Positions 1 to 13,320 of a DNA stretch of 64,000 nt are shown here, in pieces. How positions within the stretch are numbered: the first letter of the stretch is position 1; each line of letters starts with the position of its first letter. Source of the DNA: Tubiluchus corallicola (lineage: Eukaryota > Animalia > Priapulida). The position numbers and the translations under genes were made by a program. The stretch lies in contig JAQGDQ010000277.1 of assembly GCA_030141605.1 (NCBI GenBank), positions 186,001 through 250,000 on the forward strand, in the 5' to 3' direction. The notes under the pieces were generated by a model. That model searched no databases. It had not been told where the DNA came from and worked only from the letters and a program-made list of their open reading frames with translations.

Positions 1-1728
1 CCACGTATTTCACTCGTTTCAGTTACATGTATTTACGCGCATTAGGTCACATGACAATTGTAGTTAAGTAAGACGCGCTTGTTTCAATTAAGCGTTGACG
101 TACAGCAACTGCGCGTGCGCACAGCGAAACTGCGAAAAGACTTTTTAAGAGCAGGTTTTCTTGTATTCGCCCCAACTTATTTTACTACTGATCGTACTTT
201 ACTAAGTCATTACATATCCACGTAATTCTTCAAATGTTAGTTCGTTACCCGAAGTTTAATTTTAATTCGTAATTTTTTTACTCTTATTTTGCCAAAACTC
301 CGTCTGCACGAAATCACGCAAACACGCATAGATATGCACAAATTTTCGATACCTTACGAAAATAAATCTTTTAAAGACAAAGAAATAGTTTTAGTGAACA
401 ATAACTAAAGTATTGTCATTGTATTTGTCTATGCCAGACTTTCATCTACCTCTCCGTGCGTCCCAACCAATCCGTTTACACAAGTTTTCCACAATCACGA
501 CTAAAAGATAATCCTTTTTTGATGACTGATATAGTTATTCTATTTCTCTTAAAATTAAGATTTCCACGTGACAGCTGTATTACTGGTTAATACCTTATTA
601 TTGGTTATGACAAGCCCAGCAAGTACTGCCTGAAAAAATTACATTTCGTAGAGATACATGTAGCAGGCGCAGTCTGTTTTGTAAATCCACTGTAAATAAA
701 TAGTTTGAGCTAAACTAAACTAAACTAAAAAATTATATCATTATCTGTGTTAACGTTGTAACCAATAGTCCTACCTGTGTCGCACCAACCCATTTGCCAA
801 AGCCACAGAATAGTGACCATTCCTGAAATTATTAAAAAGTCCATATCATTATACTGTTACTATCGCGGGAATCCAATAGCTAGACGTGAGGAATAGTAGC
901 AAAGTTTACAGATGAAACAGGAAAAAGATTTGAAACTATAGCGTTTGGGAGGGGTGAGTATATATCAAATGTTTTCTGAAGCTTTTTCATAAAACTTTTC
1001 GTAGATATTGGATGATGCTAATAAATGATTAAGCATTTGTAAATTGTATACAGTAATTCATATTGAAATTAGCATATGTCATGCTTTTTAAACGAAAAGG
1101 CACAATACTGAAGCAGATACTGTAGCCGCTTGAACCGGAAGTCGGTAGTAATCGGAAGTTACCCCCTGTCTTGCCAAAGTCTGCATTCCAGGACACCAAT
1201 TTCAGAATAAAATGAGTTGGCAGTCATAAGTGTAATAATCAATTACGTTCATATCCGTAAAGGGACATCTAATTTATTAAAGTTTAGATGTGAGAATAAG
1301 CATTATAAATAACTAGTCCGGAATGTGAAGTATTCGGTTACTCACTCGCTCAGGGAGTTTCTTATACTCAACTGCTTGAAAAAGTCACTTAGAAGACAAT
1401 TTACCATTATCATGATTCCCTGTTTTCATAAATAAGTTATTTTAAACACCATAGTTTGCCCTTATCATGTCATCCAATATAGAAACGTAAACATTTAGAA
1501 TATAGAAAAACTTTGTTGTTACGTTAAAAAACTTAAAACTGTTAAAATCTTGTTACACGAGGAACAACAAGAACGAAAACGACAACAACATCACCGCGAA
1601 ACAGACCTCTTTTTAGAGTTAGCGAACGAGTAACCCCAAAAAGCCGTCCCAGTAACTGAGTGAAAAGTTATGCAAAGCTCAGTTGAGAAAGCTATGGGTT
1701 TATAGCAATTTTGGCGGGGTTTGGCTAG

Positions 1729-2760
1729 TCTGTATAATTAATTTCGGTGGTATGGGGTGTATACATATTATAATTAATATATATATATATATACATATAC
1801 AAGATTCGAGGCTACCATTCGGCGAACTACATACATAATGAAAAGCCTCGATCTAGTGTCGTCTTATTGATGGTTTATCTTTCGAATCGGGTCCACCCCG
1901 GAGGAACGGCGAGGCGACAAACCTCGAGACCGCGTACGGGCCGGGAGAGGCGACTAATGGTTGGATAGCCTGTGCAAAGGTGGATGCCACGGCGTCTTCC
2001 CGGGTCGCACCCAAATTTGCGAAAAACTGCACGAACAGCCTCCAGAAAACTCCAATTGTGTAACTGTTTGGGTATGTTGGGTTAAAAATAGTCATCCTAC
2101 CGGAAAGAGGATGAAACGATCTACACGGTAGGAAGGTTTCACTAGGACAGATGTCCTCTACACGAAACCGGATTGTGTATTTCAGAGTCTTTTTTAACCC
2201 CAGTGCTGCACGCTGTTTGGAACACCCATTGCCTTTGAGTTTAAAAAATTAGGCAGCTGTTCCAGGCATTGTCATCACCCGCAGATCTACAGTGTTACAG
2301 ATTTTACACGTAAGAACTTTTCGCGTATTATCATCTGAGAAGTAGTAAACAAAAACTGTGTAGAATGTTTGTATATTATTGATCATTGGTGGATGTGTCT
2401 ACTAGCATTTGTCGTACCACACGGTTTCAACTTTGTACAAATGATTTTCGGGGTTTTGCTAGGCTGCTGTGTTGTTGATGTTAGTGTTGTAGGTGTCGCT
2501 ATAATCATCGTCATCACCATTATGATCACCAATTGCTGTGGAGTGTTTGATGTGATGTGATAATGCTGTGGATGGTGTGGTATGGTGTGTGTGACGTGTC
2601 TGGGTGGTGTGGTGTAGGTAGTGTGGTGCGGGGTAGAGCAGTGTGTTATGAGTGGTATGGTAGTGTGGTGTAGTGTGGCGTGATGTGGGTGGCGTGGTGT
2701 AGTGGGATGTGGTTTGTCATTGCGGGTTTATGCGCAAAATTTTTTGCGGGGTTTGGCTAG
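1729..2760 (+). mobile_element. Non-autonomous Helitron-like element (homologous pieces at ~12722-12860, ~14905-15546, 15547-15622)
   Basis: 5' TC start (TCTGTATAATTAATTTCGGTGGTATGG), internal GTGTG/GGTGT-rich tract, 3' hairpin CGCAAAATTTTTTGCG followed by GGCTAG; clear homology among the copies. Confidence 0.6.
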
Positions 2761-3617
2761 CATTATATTATTATATTTATTTTATTGTATTATGTTATAG
2801 GTGTCAATGAAACTAAACTAAACTAAACTGCGCACAAGATTGGTAATTGAAACTGACGGACTACTTAGACATATGTAGTAATTTTTAAGAATGTTTTTTA
2901 TGTTGGGAGACTTGACGTGCAAATTTTTACAAAGATTTAATTAGCTAGAATCGTGATATTTCGGAGCGTGCATTTGATAAACCTCATCGCGCAACAGCCG
3001 CATATAATTTGTTTTCTTCTTTGTATAGTATTGTCAACTTTATTTTCAAATATTTTCGTTCCATTATATATATAATATTTTTAAGTTTTACCTTCAAAGC
3101 ACTGAAAATGTGTGGTCCAATGAGTGAAATTCTCATATTAATGAGAAATGAGTACGGAACAGCAAGTTCTTTTTAGAGAGCTGATATTTAGTAATCAACA
3201 ATTTGCTTTTCAATTTCAGAGCACTTTGGTTTCGAAATAAGTTTAGTATACGTAAACCTTGCAGAGAATCCAAGTTAATATTTTATAACTGTAATTATAA
3301 CGCTTTATTTTCTAGTTTTTATACCACATATTTCAAGACAAACATTCACTTGCACATTTCTTCATTCACAAATAATCTTACAAATTAATGTGATGCTAAT
3401 TGTGTTTTTAATGTAATTAAAATTTTTCACTTTACATTACAAGTAGGCCTACCATTTAGTTTTAGAAATTCTTTAACGTGGCATTGGTTGCTAATTGTAA
3501 TTGTTTAGTGTTCACTGGCAAAAACTTAACATTCACATAAAACACATCATTTACTTTATGCAACACATTTTATTATTAGAAGAATTTAAAATTATAATTT
3601 TGCTCTCAAAAATTATT

Positions 3618-3720
3618 AATTGGATTAAAACTATAATAAGTGAGTATTCATTCACAATTCTCCTACACAGTGTAGGAGAATTGTGAATGAGTACTCACTT
3701 ATTATAATTTGAATCTAATT
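3618..3720. repeat. Near-perfect palindrome, ~51-bp arms centred on 3669
   Basis: TATAATAAGTGAGTATTCATTCACAATTCTCCTACAC-A-GTGTAGGAGAATTGTGAATGAGTACTCACTTATTATA, with 1 mismatch in the inner 37 bp. Confidence 0.92.
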
Positions 3721-3807
3721 GACACTCAATTGATAATTTATAATACAATTTTGATAAATCACATATTGTAGTAGTATGAGACTTTATGAATGCAAAGCAA
3801 ATTTGCT

Positions 3808-6089
3808 TTATAACTGGGGTGTCGTCATTTGACTGTTAATCCAGTCATGGTAATGGCTAACACGTGCGTAGACAGAAGCCACGTCAGTGTTTAAAATACA
3901 TGGTACTCTGCCCCAGGAAACCACTCCAACTTGAAGCATCGTGTTATCAACCTCTCTCATTACCAGTGGGCTACCTGAATCACCCTGTAGAAAACAAATT
4001 TGAGTATGATAATTTATAATCAATTAAGAGACAAAAACGAATACATAGTAAAATACTCCGTAACAAAAAAAAATATTAACAAAAGCTATTTTTTAGTCTT
4101 ACGCTGTATCAGGTACGGAAAGAAAAAGCGTTCATTTCAAGCCATTTTACAATTATGCACTACTGATGCATTATGACAGGCAGATAAAAAGAAGCTGAAA
4201 TTTTAATTTCATAATGCTTTTCTCGTGATAGTTTCTTTACACATTTGTAAAAATATTTAAAATTCATCATTCTTTCTGCTTTCGGTGTCTGACATTATCC
4301 ACTAAGGAGTAACTGATAGATTAGATTAGATTAGATCAGATTAGATCAGCAATTTAGATTTGCTTTTGGTAATAAAGACTTATTGATGTGGATTATATTT
4401 ATATACGAACAATAAATACTGGCATTTAAACAGGTTAAATTTGTGAGTAAATGGCTTGAAACGTTCAATAAAAATTTCATTTTAATAAAAAATTGAACAC
4501 CCAAAATAACAGATCTCGAACTTAATTAGGATAACCAATTAGGTCTATTCAAACATGAATTTATATAAAATTCACTATTAGACCATATCTACTATCTAGC
4601 CTAAAAGTAATGATCCCATAAGTGAGTTGCATATCGCAAATGTGTATGAATTTTGAGGAGTATAATTTCTCGCCTAATTTAAATACCCTAACCCTACCCC
4701 TGACGCCAGCCCCAATCCTGACCGTAACCCTTAACCTAATTCTAACCCTAACCACCTATCCGCTTCAAGAACTAATTTCTTGTGTGTGGGGAACCGTAAA
4801 CTTTAGCCAAACTTTGTATCAGGTATGTTGGGCGTACTACCTTATATCGGAAGGCAAGGATTGGGCCTTCAGAGCGTAGGATATGAAACTGCACAAACAG
4901 ATGTGCAATTATGCAGTTTGACATATCTATTTAGCAAAAAGCAATATCTCTTTTTGATTTGAGAATTTTATTGATAGGCGCTCACCTAGTCTAAATTCTA
5001 GAGATGAATTTACCCAGTATCCATCGTTTTTTAAACGATTATTGACATATGGTCGCCCAACATGTGTTTCGTCCTGCATAGCTTCATCGGGAATTAAAGT
5101 GCAAACAAAACATGACATTATTCACTAAAACATATGAAGTGTGGTGGAATAATCTTGCTCTTTACTATTGACGATACAAGCAAGAACATAATTAAGACAA
5201 GAATAGTCGTAATCCCTTTTAACCAAATTGATGTTGGAGTATTTGTTAATTTTAGAACTTTATTGTCATTGGTATGTAATCTGACGTAATAAAAGCAAAA
5301 TATATAAAATTAGAGTAAAAGCAAAATTCAAAATTGAGAAAAGCTATTTGTATGTTTAATTGGCTAGGTTTTTGTTATTGTTGTTGTCGTCGTCATCATC
5401 GTCATCACCGTTGCAACCTGTTATCATTGTCGTTGTTGTTTCATTTTCTCATAGCAGCCAGATGAGCATAGCGAAAACAATATTTTATGTAATTATTCAG
5501 GCCTTTGCCGTACTTACCGAACACACGTCCTCTCCTTGCCCAGGCACTTGATCAAGGTCGGTAGCACACATCATTCCAGCTGTAATCATTCCAGGCCAGA
5601 ATTGATTCATGCACTCAGATGAGCTTATGACGTCGACGTTGGCTTTCCTTAGTGTTCTCGAAATCGAACCACCTATAAAACCACCAGACGGAGCGGTTTT
5701 CAGAAAACTTGTTTCACTAGTTAGTATGGCAGCTGGATTCAGAAGGAACTCAGATTTCGTTCTATGAGTGTTTTAATAGCTTACTATCATTCATACTGAA
5801 CACAAAAGTTTCAACTTGATCAATCTAATCCGTGAGCCAGACCCTAAATTACCACGTATGCCAGTAGGCCTACTAATACCACCCGTAGGAACATATTCTA
5901 GTGGCGTTTATTCTGAAAGCTCTACATCACGAAATTTACGTGATAGTTCTTTACAACTCACAGCTCAGTGGCATTAATCGCACTTTAAAGTTTGCCCCTT
6001 GCACCAGATCTGAACTAGTCCTGGGTTCGGTTGGATAGCCAAACTAAGACGCAGTCACCGGCAGGGCAAATGTAAACTCTATCTCTCTC

Positions 6090-6179
<90 letters not shown>

Positions 6180-6184
6180 CCTCC

Positions 6185-6217
<33 letters not shown>

Positions 6218-9200
6218 CCCCTCTCTCTCTCCCCTTCTCGTCGTACTCTGACATTTTTCTTTAAGGGCTTTACTTCTTTCTCTAGCTTATAGTATTATAA
6301 GACTTGTAATAACGTCATACGTACTTTCCGTTTTACCCCATCCTGAGATTTCTGCTGCCCCGTTGTCGTGGTGCTCCATGTCCAGTTTAACTGAGCGGAT
6401 TTGGTCACTGAATGTAATGGGTGTTGCCAAGTTCAGCACTGCAACGTCATTATCAATGGTACTTGGATTATACTGTGGGTGTTTCGAAATATATCGTACC
6501 TAAAAGCAAAACAGTGAGTAATTAGCATTTTTTCAAAATAAACAAATAAGTAAGCTTTGTTCTCCAGAACCGCAAAAAGATCTCCCAGTCCCATCACAGT
6601 TTCTGTGATGACCACATAGAGCATACTTCCCTATGCGTGAACATGTGACGACCTATATAGCACTCATTGCAGCATGGACAGCAGCAATGGTAGAGTCACA
6701 CACCCAATATTGGCCACGCTGGAAGAGAATCTACCATCTTGTATATTTATAATATAAACATGCAAACATATAGGATCTAGTTGACCTCTGAAGGTTTGAG
6801 GATCTTAGACCCTCTTACCACCGGGTACAGAGTAAGGCTCTCTGACCTGTGACCACAGTTCACATATTTCTTTGTGGCTTGCTACGCTTGCAGGTGTGTA
6901 CTACTACCATATTGCCGTTGATAAGTACATAAAAATAAGTTTGGACTGATCTTAAACTCTTAAACTACGAAATATGCCTGTTTTCCTCTTTGTATGTATT
7001 TTTGCTGGGAGTACAAAAAAAGCAAGTATTAAGGACACAAGTGAGTCGAATAAACATGAAAACGAGTACGAAACATGTTGATTACAGTATTGTTGAAATG
7101 CAGTAATGCAGACCTATTACGCCCTCTAAATTTGTATGGAAGCCGTTCGCGTTTTGTACAGCTTTGTTGGAGCAGCAAATCAAAAAGCTCTAGCAGTAAT
7201 TTTTTCCACAAAATTCAATAGCCTGGAAATTTAGCAGATTTCAACCTCACCTTTTGGAACTACATGCATTAGTAAAAAGCGGAAGCGGAAGCATGCCACT
7301 GATCGGTACTTCAAAGACAAACTTCTAAGCATTTGCAGCCTTGCAAAAAGTGTTACAGAATTTTGTTTTCAACAGCGACCTGTTTAGGATACTACTTTTA
7401 TCTCACCTAACAAGATTGCAGGCTGGCGTGAGACACGGGAGGCTTCCATACTAAATACTGAAGGTGTTCCGTGCTATTGTCAGTTGTTTTGTACCTCCCA
7501 CTGCAAAAAGTTATGTGCCATCCTGCACTCTTCTTTTTCCAGCTGTGCTAATAGTTGTAATTTGAGGAAGGAGTTTACAATTCCCACACAGTTAAAATAC
7601 CCTAACCCTAACCCAATCCTAAATAAAACCCAAAACTAACCGTAATCTTAATCCTAACCCTAACCCTAATCAGTTTCACGAACTAATTTCTTGTGTGTGA
7701 TGAATTGTAAAGTTCGGCCTAATTTGATTGAAATTATACTACCTATCTGGTGTTTGACTAATATGTTGATTGGTATATAGTGGTTTGTTTTTCGTCAAAC
7801 TTTTGCTAATGACAGCAATGCTGAAAGGCCTTAAAAGAACAAAGCCGAGATAAAGGTGGCATCATCTATGCCTATAACAGCACTGTGTTGTATTTGTCGT
7901 CTTTTGTGATCGACATCAGATATCTACACTTACCGAGAAATCTTTACCACTGTCGTATCTTGTGTGACCCAGCGAAACGGTGAAACGGCTTGGTTGTGTG
8001 TCATGACTGGAAAATAAAAAAAAAACAATTATAATAATTTCACGCGAAGACATTTATAGCAACTATTAGATACAATTGCAAATCAACTACATAATGAAAA
8101 GCTAGAGTTAGCTTTTACTAAATAAAAAATAAATTTAATAAAAAAATGTAATTTAATGGTGGGAAACAAAAAGACGGCAAGCAAGATGGACAGTCTGAGT
8201 TTTTGGAAACTTCTAGCAGTTGACAATATGAAACATCGCGGCTGTTCCCAAAGCTGTTTGTAGTACACAAGCTTATATTTGCATGAAATCTTATTTTAAT
8301 GATGTTACAAATCATAGCTTATAATAGGCTAGATAATGCGAAATCTCACTCCAAGTACATTGTATAGAGGAAAGCTCGCAAGCTATGTGGAATGCAGCAA
8401 TAATTCAGGAGCATATTACAAGGTGCCATTTTGCGTTAGTGTTTACTAGTATGTAACATTTTGCTAGAGAATTGAGCTTCTTAGAATATCTGAAACCATT
8501 CAGAAATAATTTCTTTGAGAGTCACCTGTCCATGTACTGACCAGGCTCGATCTTGTTTAACTTTGGTCGCCAAACACACGCCATGATCACTCTGCTGTTC
8601 TCCTAACGAACTAAGCATTGAACCACTATTTCAAAGTGAACCACCATTTCTAGCCTATCGGGTACTGCAAATTACCAGGTTTGGTCGATCAGCCTCTTAT
8701 AATTTAGGAAGTTATAAATAAAAGTCAAGAAGTCAGTTGTTTTAAAAGCAGTAGTAGGTCTATTTTAATCTACAATTAAATACCAGTTAGGTATAAACTG
8801 CAATAAGATTAACGAAAAAGATTAATTTGATAACATCATACGAACTATAAATTAATTGAACAAGTTAATGTTGGATCCATGTTGGTTGAGGGATTCACTA
8901 GTGAATAAAAGGTTTGACTCTGTAAATAGATGCGAAGTTTGTAAACATATACTCGTTTGCTGCTTCCTGACAGTCTATTTCAAAATGACGATGCTTAGGG
9001 TTTTCCGAAAATGACGTCATCGCCGTCATCTTGAAATCAAGATGAATGATCAAAATCCAACTCCGTCAGCAGTGCAGAATTCGTTCTACTGTAGTATATT
9101 CCTACAAAGTTTGTGACAATCCATTATGTAGCTAAACTTTTTTCGAAAATTGCCACCATCTTGAATGTAAAATGGCGAATCGAAAACCGAATTTCTTACA

Positions 9201-11485
9201 GTATATTTCTGTGAAGCTCATGATGACTTGTTGTGAATTGATTAAGCATCAGTCTTTTTTTGAAAATGATGTTATCGCTGCCATTTTGAATTTAGAATGG
9301 CGTGACAAAAATCTAACTAGCTCGTCGGAGTGGAATCTGCCGCCGAATTAGATTCAAAATAGCGGTTTGCCAATCGATCCAAAATTCGTTCTAGTATATG
9401 GGAAACTTCATGAATCGTCGTGAAATTCAACACGTGTAATATATATTCGTGTAAAGTTTCACGACGATTAACTGCGAATTTACGAAGTCATCAGTAACAA
9501 CAACGACAGCCAGATGAGTAGCGATTTGGTCGAATCTCGACCAAAAAATAGAAGTTAATTAATTAATTACTCATAGCCGAAATTACTATCGGGATAAAGC
9601 AAAACTTAATCCGTGTAAAACCTTCCAACATGATCCAACACAACAACACAACTGTTTGACCACTTGTGAAGTCACCAGTCGATGGCCGTGGCTTTTGCTA
9701 GATTTTAAGCATTCTTTATATGCTAAGTTCTTAAAGCTACAAACGTATGAAAATAATGTAATAAATCTTACCCATGTACGCAATGCGCTGCTGTTAAGAT
9801 GTCAGTTGAACTAATCACAGAAGCCCCACAGATGAAACTTCCCCAGCGTTTTAATGCGGCCTGTTAATATAATATAATACTATATCATATTATACTATTA
9901 TATTTATTAAATAAAACACAAAAAATAATATTCTTTTTAAGGAAATAACATAGGCCTAAGTTATAATCATTGCTTCCTTATTTATTATTATCAATTTATT
10001 CACCGTTAAAAGATTACACCAGTTTTTATTAAAAATCATAATGTTAAAAATCATTATAAATTTAACTCTACGATTAATCTTGCGATATGACATACATTCA
10101 CATAGTGTACCTTTAAATCTGAAAATATAATTGGTCGGAAAATAATCGGACCAGTTAAGAGAAAATATTGGTTATTATTCCTTCTTTGAAATGTAATAGA
10201 TTTGTAGCGGATATTCTTACCATATGTGGATACTCTTCAATTGTTGTTTCTGTACCCCACATAATTCGAGTGTCATCATTAGGGCCTGTGAAAATAACAA
10301 GAAAACTTGGAAACGAGTATTTACAGAAGTTTCGAGGTAAAAATGGACGTAAGCTGCATTTACTCTGCAAGAAGAAATGTGGCACCAGTACGTATTGAAG
10401 ACCAAGTTTAATCGCACACGCACACACGCACACACACATGGACGCGTGTACGGATATTTTTTCTTGCATGTAAAATGTACAAACTTACATTTATAAGCAT
10501 GGACCTAGATCGCATCTTATGTTTCGTACGATGCGCGTCCGCCAGTTCCTTTAATTTTTTAAATTAGAACACATTTACCGTTGCTATGAATTCGTTTGTC
10601 GTAAAAATTAAAATGTTTTAAATCTATATGTTTCACAATGGAAATTTATTATTTTGATGTCGACGAAATAAACCAGTTTGTAAAGCGCTATGCAAAGCAG
10701 CCCAATAAGTAACAATGTAATATACAATACAAACAACTATGTCAAATTAAATGAAATGAAATCAAATTTATTTTTCTTTTAACATTTTAGGAATGAATAT
10801 GATGGACAAAAGTATGTAAGGTGGTTGTGTTGGGTTTTGTGTTTGGAATGGAAAGAAAACGGCCTAATGCGTTCTTTTCCACATCCCATTACGTCAGAAA
10901 GCCCAATACTTGAATAATCTTTCCACATTTATTAGAGTACTAATACTTCAATACTAAAATGTTTATTTGCTAGCCCATCACTTTTGTCTAAGAATCATGC
11001 ATACCACATCATGTTTAGTGAAACGCAGAATAAAATTAGGCCTTCTGTCTACGACTTGAAGCTAGAGTAGGCTTATAGCATCTCGAGGCCTATAATCACT
11101 TTTGTCTAAGAATCATGCATGATGTTGTCAAATACGGAACAAAATTATCGTCCGCGACTCGAATATACAGTATATAGCGTCTTGGGCCTATAAACAGTTT
11201 TCGTTTAATAGCTTCTTTGCTGAATAATTGCAAAAAGTTTTTCCTTGATAAAGCAAAAACCAGGTAGAAGCCTTTATTGGATCTACTTTTTGTGTCTGAT
11301 TCAATGACCGATAAATTCACAAAGTGATAACACTGAGTGATGTGAGCATTTACAATGGTGAATATTAGTAAGGAAAGGTTTGTTAGCTCCATTTGCCAAA
11401 TAATGTACTTACCAAAGTGTTTTCTGCCTGGCATTGCCGACACGGCCGCCGCAAGAGCTGCAAGTACAAGAATTAAACACCTCAT
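3808..11485 (-). CDS. Secreted trypsin-like serine protease (peptidase S1A), 7 exons, ~268 aa
   Basis: Exons (minus): 11485-11413, 10285-10221, 9860-9772, 8006-7934, 6499-6325, 5672-5518, 3984-3808. All are GT-AG with consistent phases, 807 nt in total. Signal peptide [17 protein letters not shown]; activation site DDTR|IMWG; catalytic motifs LTAAHC (His), DNDVAVL (Asp), EDVCSGDSGSP (Ser, with Asp189); VVSWG. Confidence 0.93.
6077..6238. repeat. (CT)n microsatellite
   Basis: Direct observation. Confidence 0.97.
7573..7720. mobile_element. Short MITE-like repeat with internal (CCCTAA)-like units; other copies at ~4660-4810 and ~31340-31450
   Basis: Shared AAATACCCTAAC...TTCACGAACTAATTTCTTGTGTGTG..GAATTGTAAA; inverted ends GTTTACAATTCC(CACACA) / TGTGTG..GAATTGTAAA. 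Confidence 0.65.
8521..8568 (-). mobile_element. 5S rRNA-derived fragment (SINE3-like or 5S pseudogene piece)
   Basis: Minus strand AAGTTAAACAAGATCGAGCCTGGTCAGTACATGGACAGGTGAC resembles the 5S internal control region (boxes A/IE/C). Confidence 0.5.
8985..9550. mobile_element. Helentron/DINE-like non-autonomous repeat
   Basis: Repeated palindromic GCCATCTTGAA..AAAATGGCG motifs and a terminal hairpin TTTGGTCGAATCTCGACCAAA followed by an A run. Confidence 0.4.
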
Positions 11486-12578
11486 GATGCTGATTGAAGC
11501 TACCGGCTACAGACTGTCCACCTCGGAGCGAATGTGGGATGAGAGCATCTTTCAGCGCTTTTGTACCAAAACGGCTCAGAGCAGATGCTAGATTACTAGA
11601 TGTCCCAACGAGATTAGTTGTTTACCTTTACGTTACGTAGCTAGGAGCTGTGAGAAGTCTCCACGTGTCCACCAACACGACCACGTAAACAAACAATAAA
11701 CAAGGAGATATCTTCTAAAGCCAAATTCGAGATATGTAGTCTGGAACAAAGACAGAACAGGAATAGACGGAGCCCAGCGGATTGAGGACCAAAAATATTT
11801 TAGTCGGGGGCAGCCTTTATTGTATTGTAATCGTTTTCGGGATCAGATTGGTTTTCATTTCAGAACAGAATGTTAGCTAGTTTATTTTTAAATATTTGTT
11901 GCATAAATTTTTGCAAAAAATATATTAATGCTTTTCATAAACATTTTGCGCAGGATAAGCAGGACAGAGGCGACATTACATGGCAACTATTCTCCAGCAT
12001 CCCGGCCTTGTTACACTCTGACGTCACCTACTACGTCACTCGGTTATAAAACAGTATAGTATGGTGAAGAAAGACCCTTGAAGAAGTTGAGCAAATGCAG
12101 ATAAAAAGACCGCACTGGATTTTGAAATCTATAAAAATTACCTCAGGCATCTATTCTTCCCGTAGACCCTAAAATTTGTTACAACTCTTGAACGAATTAA
12201 AAAGGTCATGTTGCTTTTTAGAAAGTTCAAGTATCTGGGCTACGTCGATGTTGTTACTGCATTTTTTACCTATTTTTAGGCAGCGGTATGACTATAATTA
12301 ACAATAGGAGCAACAGAACTTATACATCATGAGCTTTTATTTTCTGACAGAATGCGTTGGAAAGTTTGCCAGTGCAATTGCAAACTTATGTTGATTTTCC
12401 GACATTTGCGGTTGATCACACGGTCACCTGTATTAAGTCTCACAGACACAAATATTCGTGATTTGAACCAGTAATAGTCAATGTTTATTAATCCTTCACG
12501 ATAGATAAACAGGATCATATTCCAGTTTTTCCTCACACAATGGTTCTCACGATAGGTTACCATTTTTACCCAACGCAA

Positions 12579-12621
<43 letters not shown>
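12579..12621. repeat. (ATCT)n microsatellite
   Basis: Direct observation. Confidence 0.95.
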
Positions 12622-12622
<1 letters not shown>

Positions 12623-12744
12623 CCCTAATATATTTAATATATGTTATATATATATATATATTAGTCTGTGTGTAAGTTATCTAAACTAATGTTTGCTAAC
12701 TGTGCATTGTATCTTGTAGGGCCTAGAATTAATTTCGGTGGTAT

Positions 12745-12781
<37 letters not shown>

Positions 12782-13224
12782 GAAAGGTCTCGATCTCGTG
12801 TCTTCTCATTGACAATTTATTTTTATAATCGGGGGCCACTGGGAGACACGGGGAGGGGGACCTCCAAAAAAGCATTTTCTACCATTTTTCGCAAGACTTA
12901 TACCTCTTATTTCTGATGACTGAGAATGCGCCAGGGTGTTGCAGGTACCTATGGTAGTAGTAGTAGGTAGCAGTAGGTATTAGTAGGCATATTATTTAGA
13001 ATTCGCGAGAGTGTCGCGGTTTTAGTCTAGTTCCATTTTCAGAAAAGTGGAACTCTAGAGGCGTTTTTTCTTCAAGTGGACAGCATAGCCAGTCTTATCA
13101 TTTGATCATGATTAATCCGAAAAAACGCTATTGCCAGCTCGAGAAATTAGCGGGAAGGAGTTAAAAATGCAAAAAACAAAATGGCCGCCAAGTTTTTGCA
13201 CAAACAATGTAAATTAAAACTTAT

Positions 13225-13320
13225 ATGAACAGTTTAAAATAAAAAGAATCTAAAGTGTGAGCATTTACAATCTCTGACGGTAAACGGTTCCACATTTCAA
13301 TCACCATGTTTTGGAAAAGA
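13225..13320 (-). mobile_element. Short CR1/L2-type LINE ORF2 3' fragment
   Basis: Minus strand translates VIEMWNRLPSEIVNAHTLDSFYFKL, resembling the CR1-type WNxLPxxVV C-terminal motif. Confidence 0.55.
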
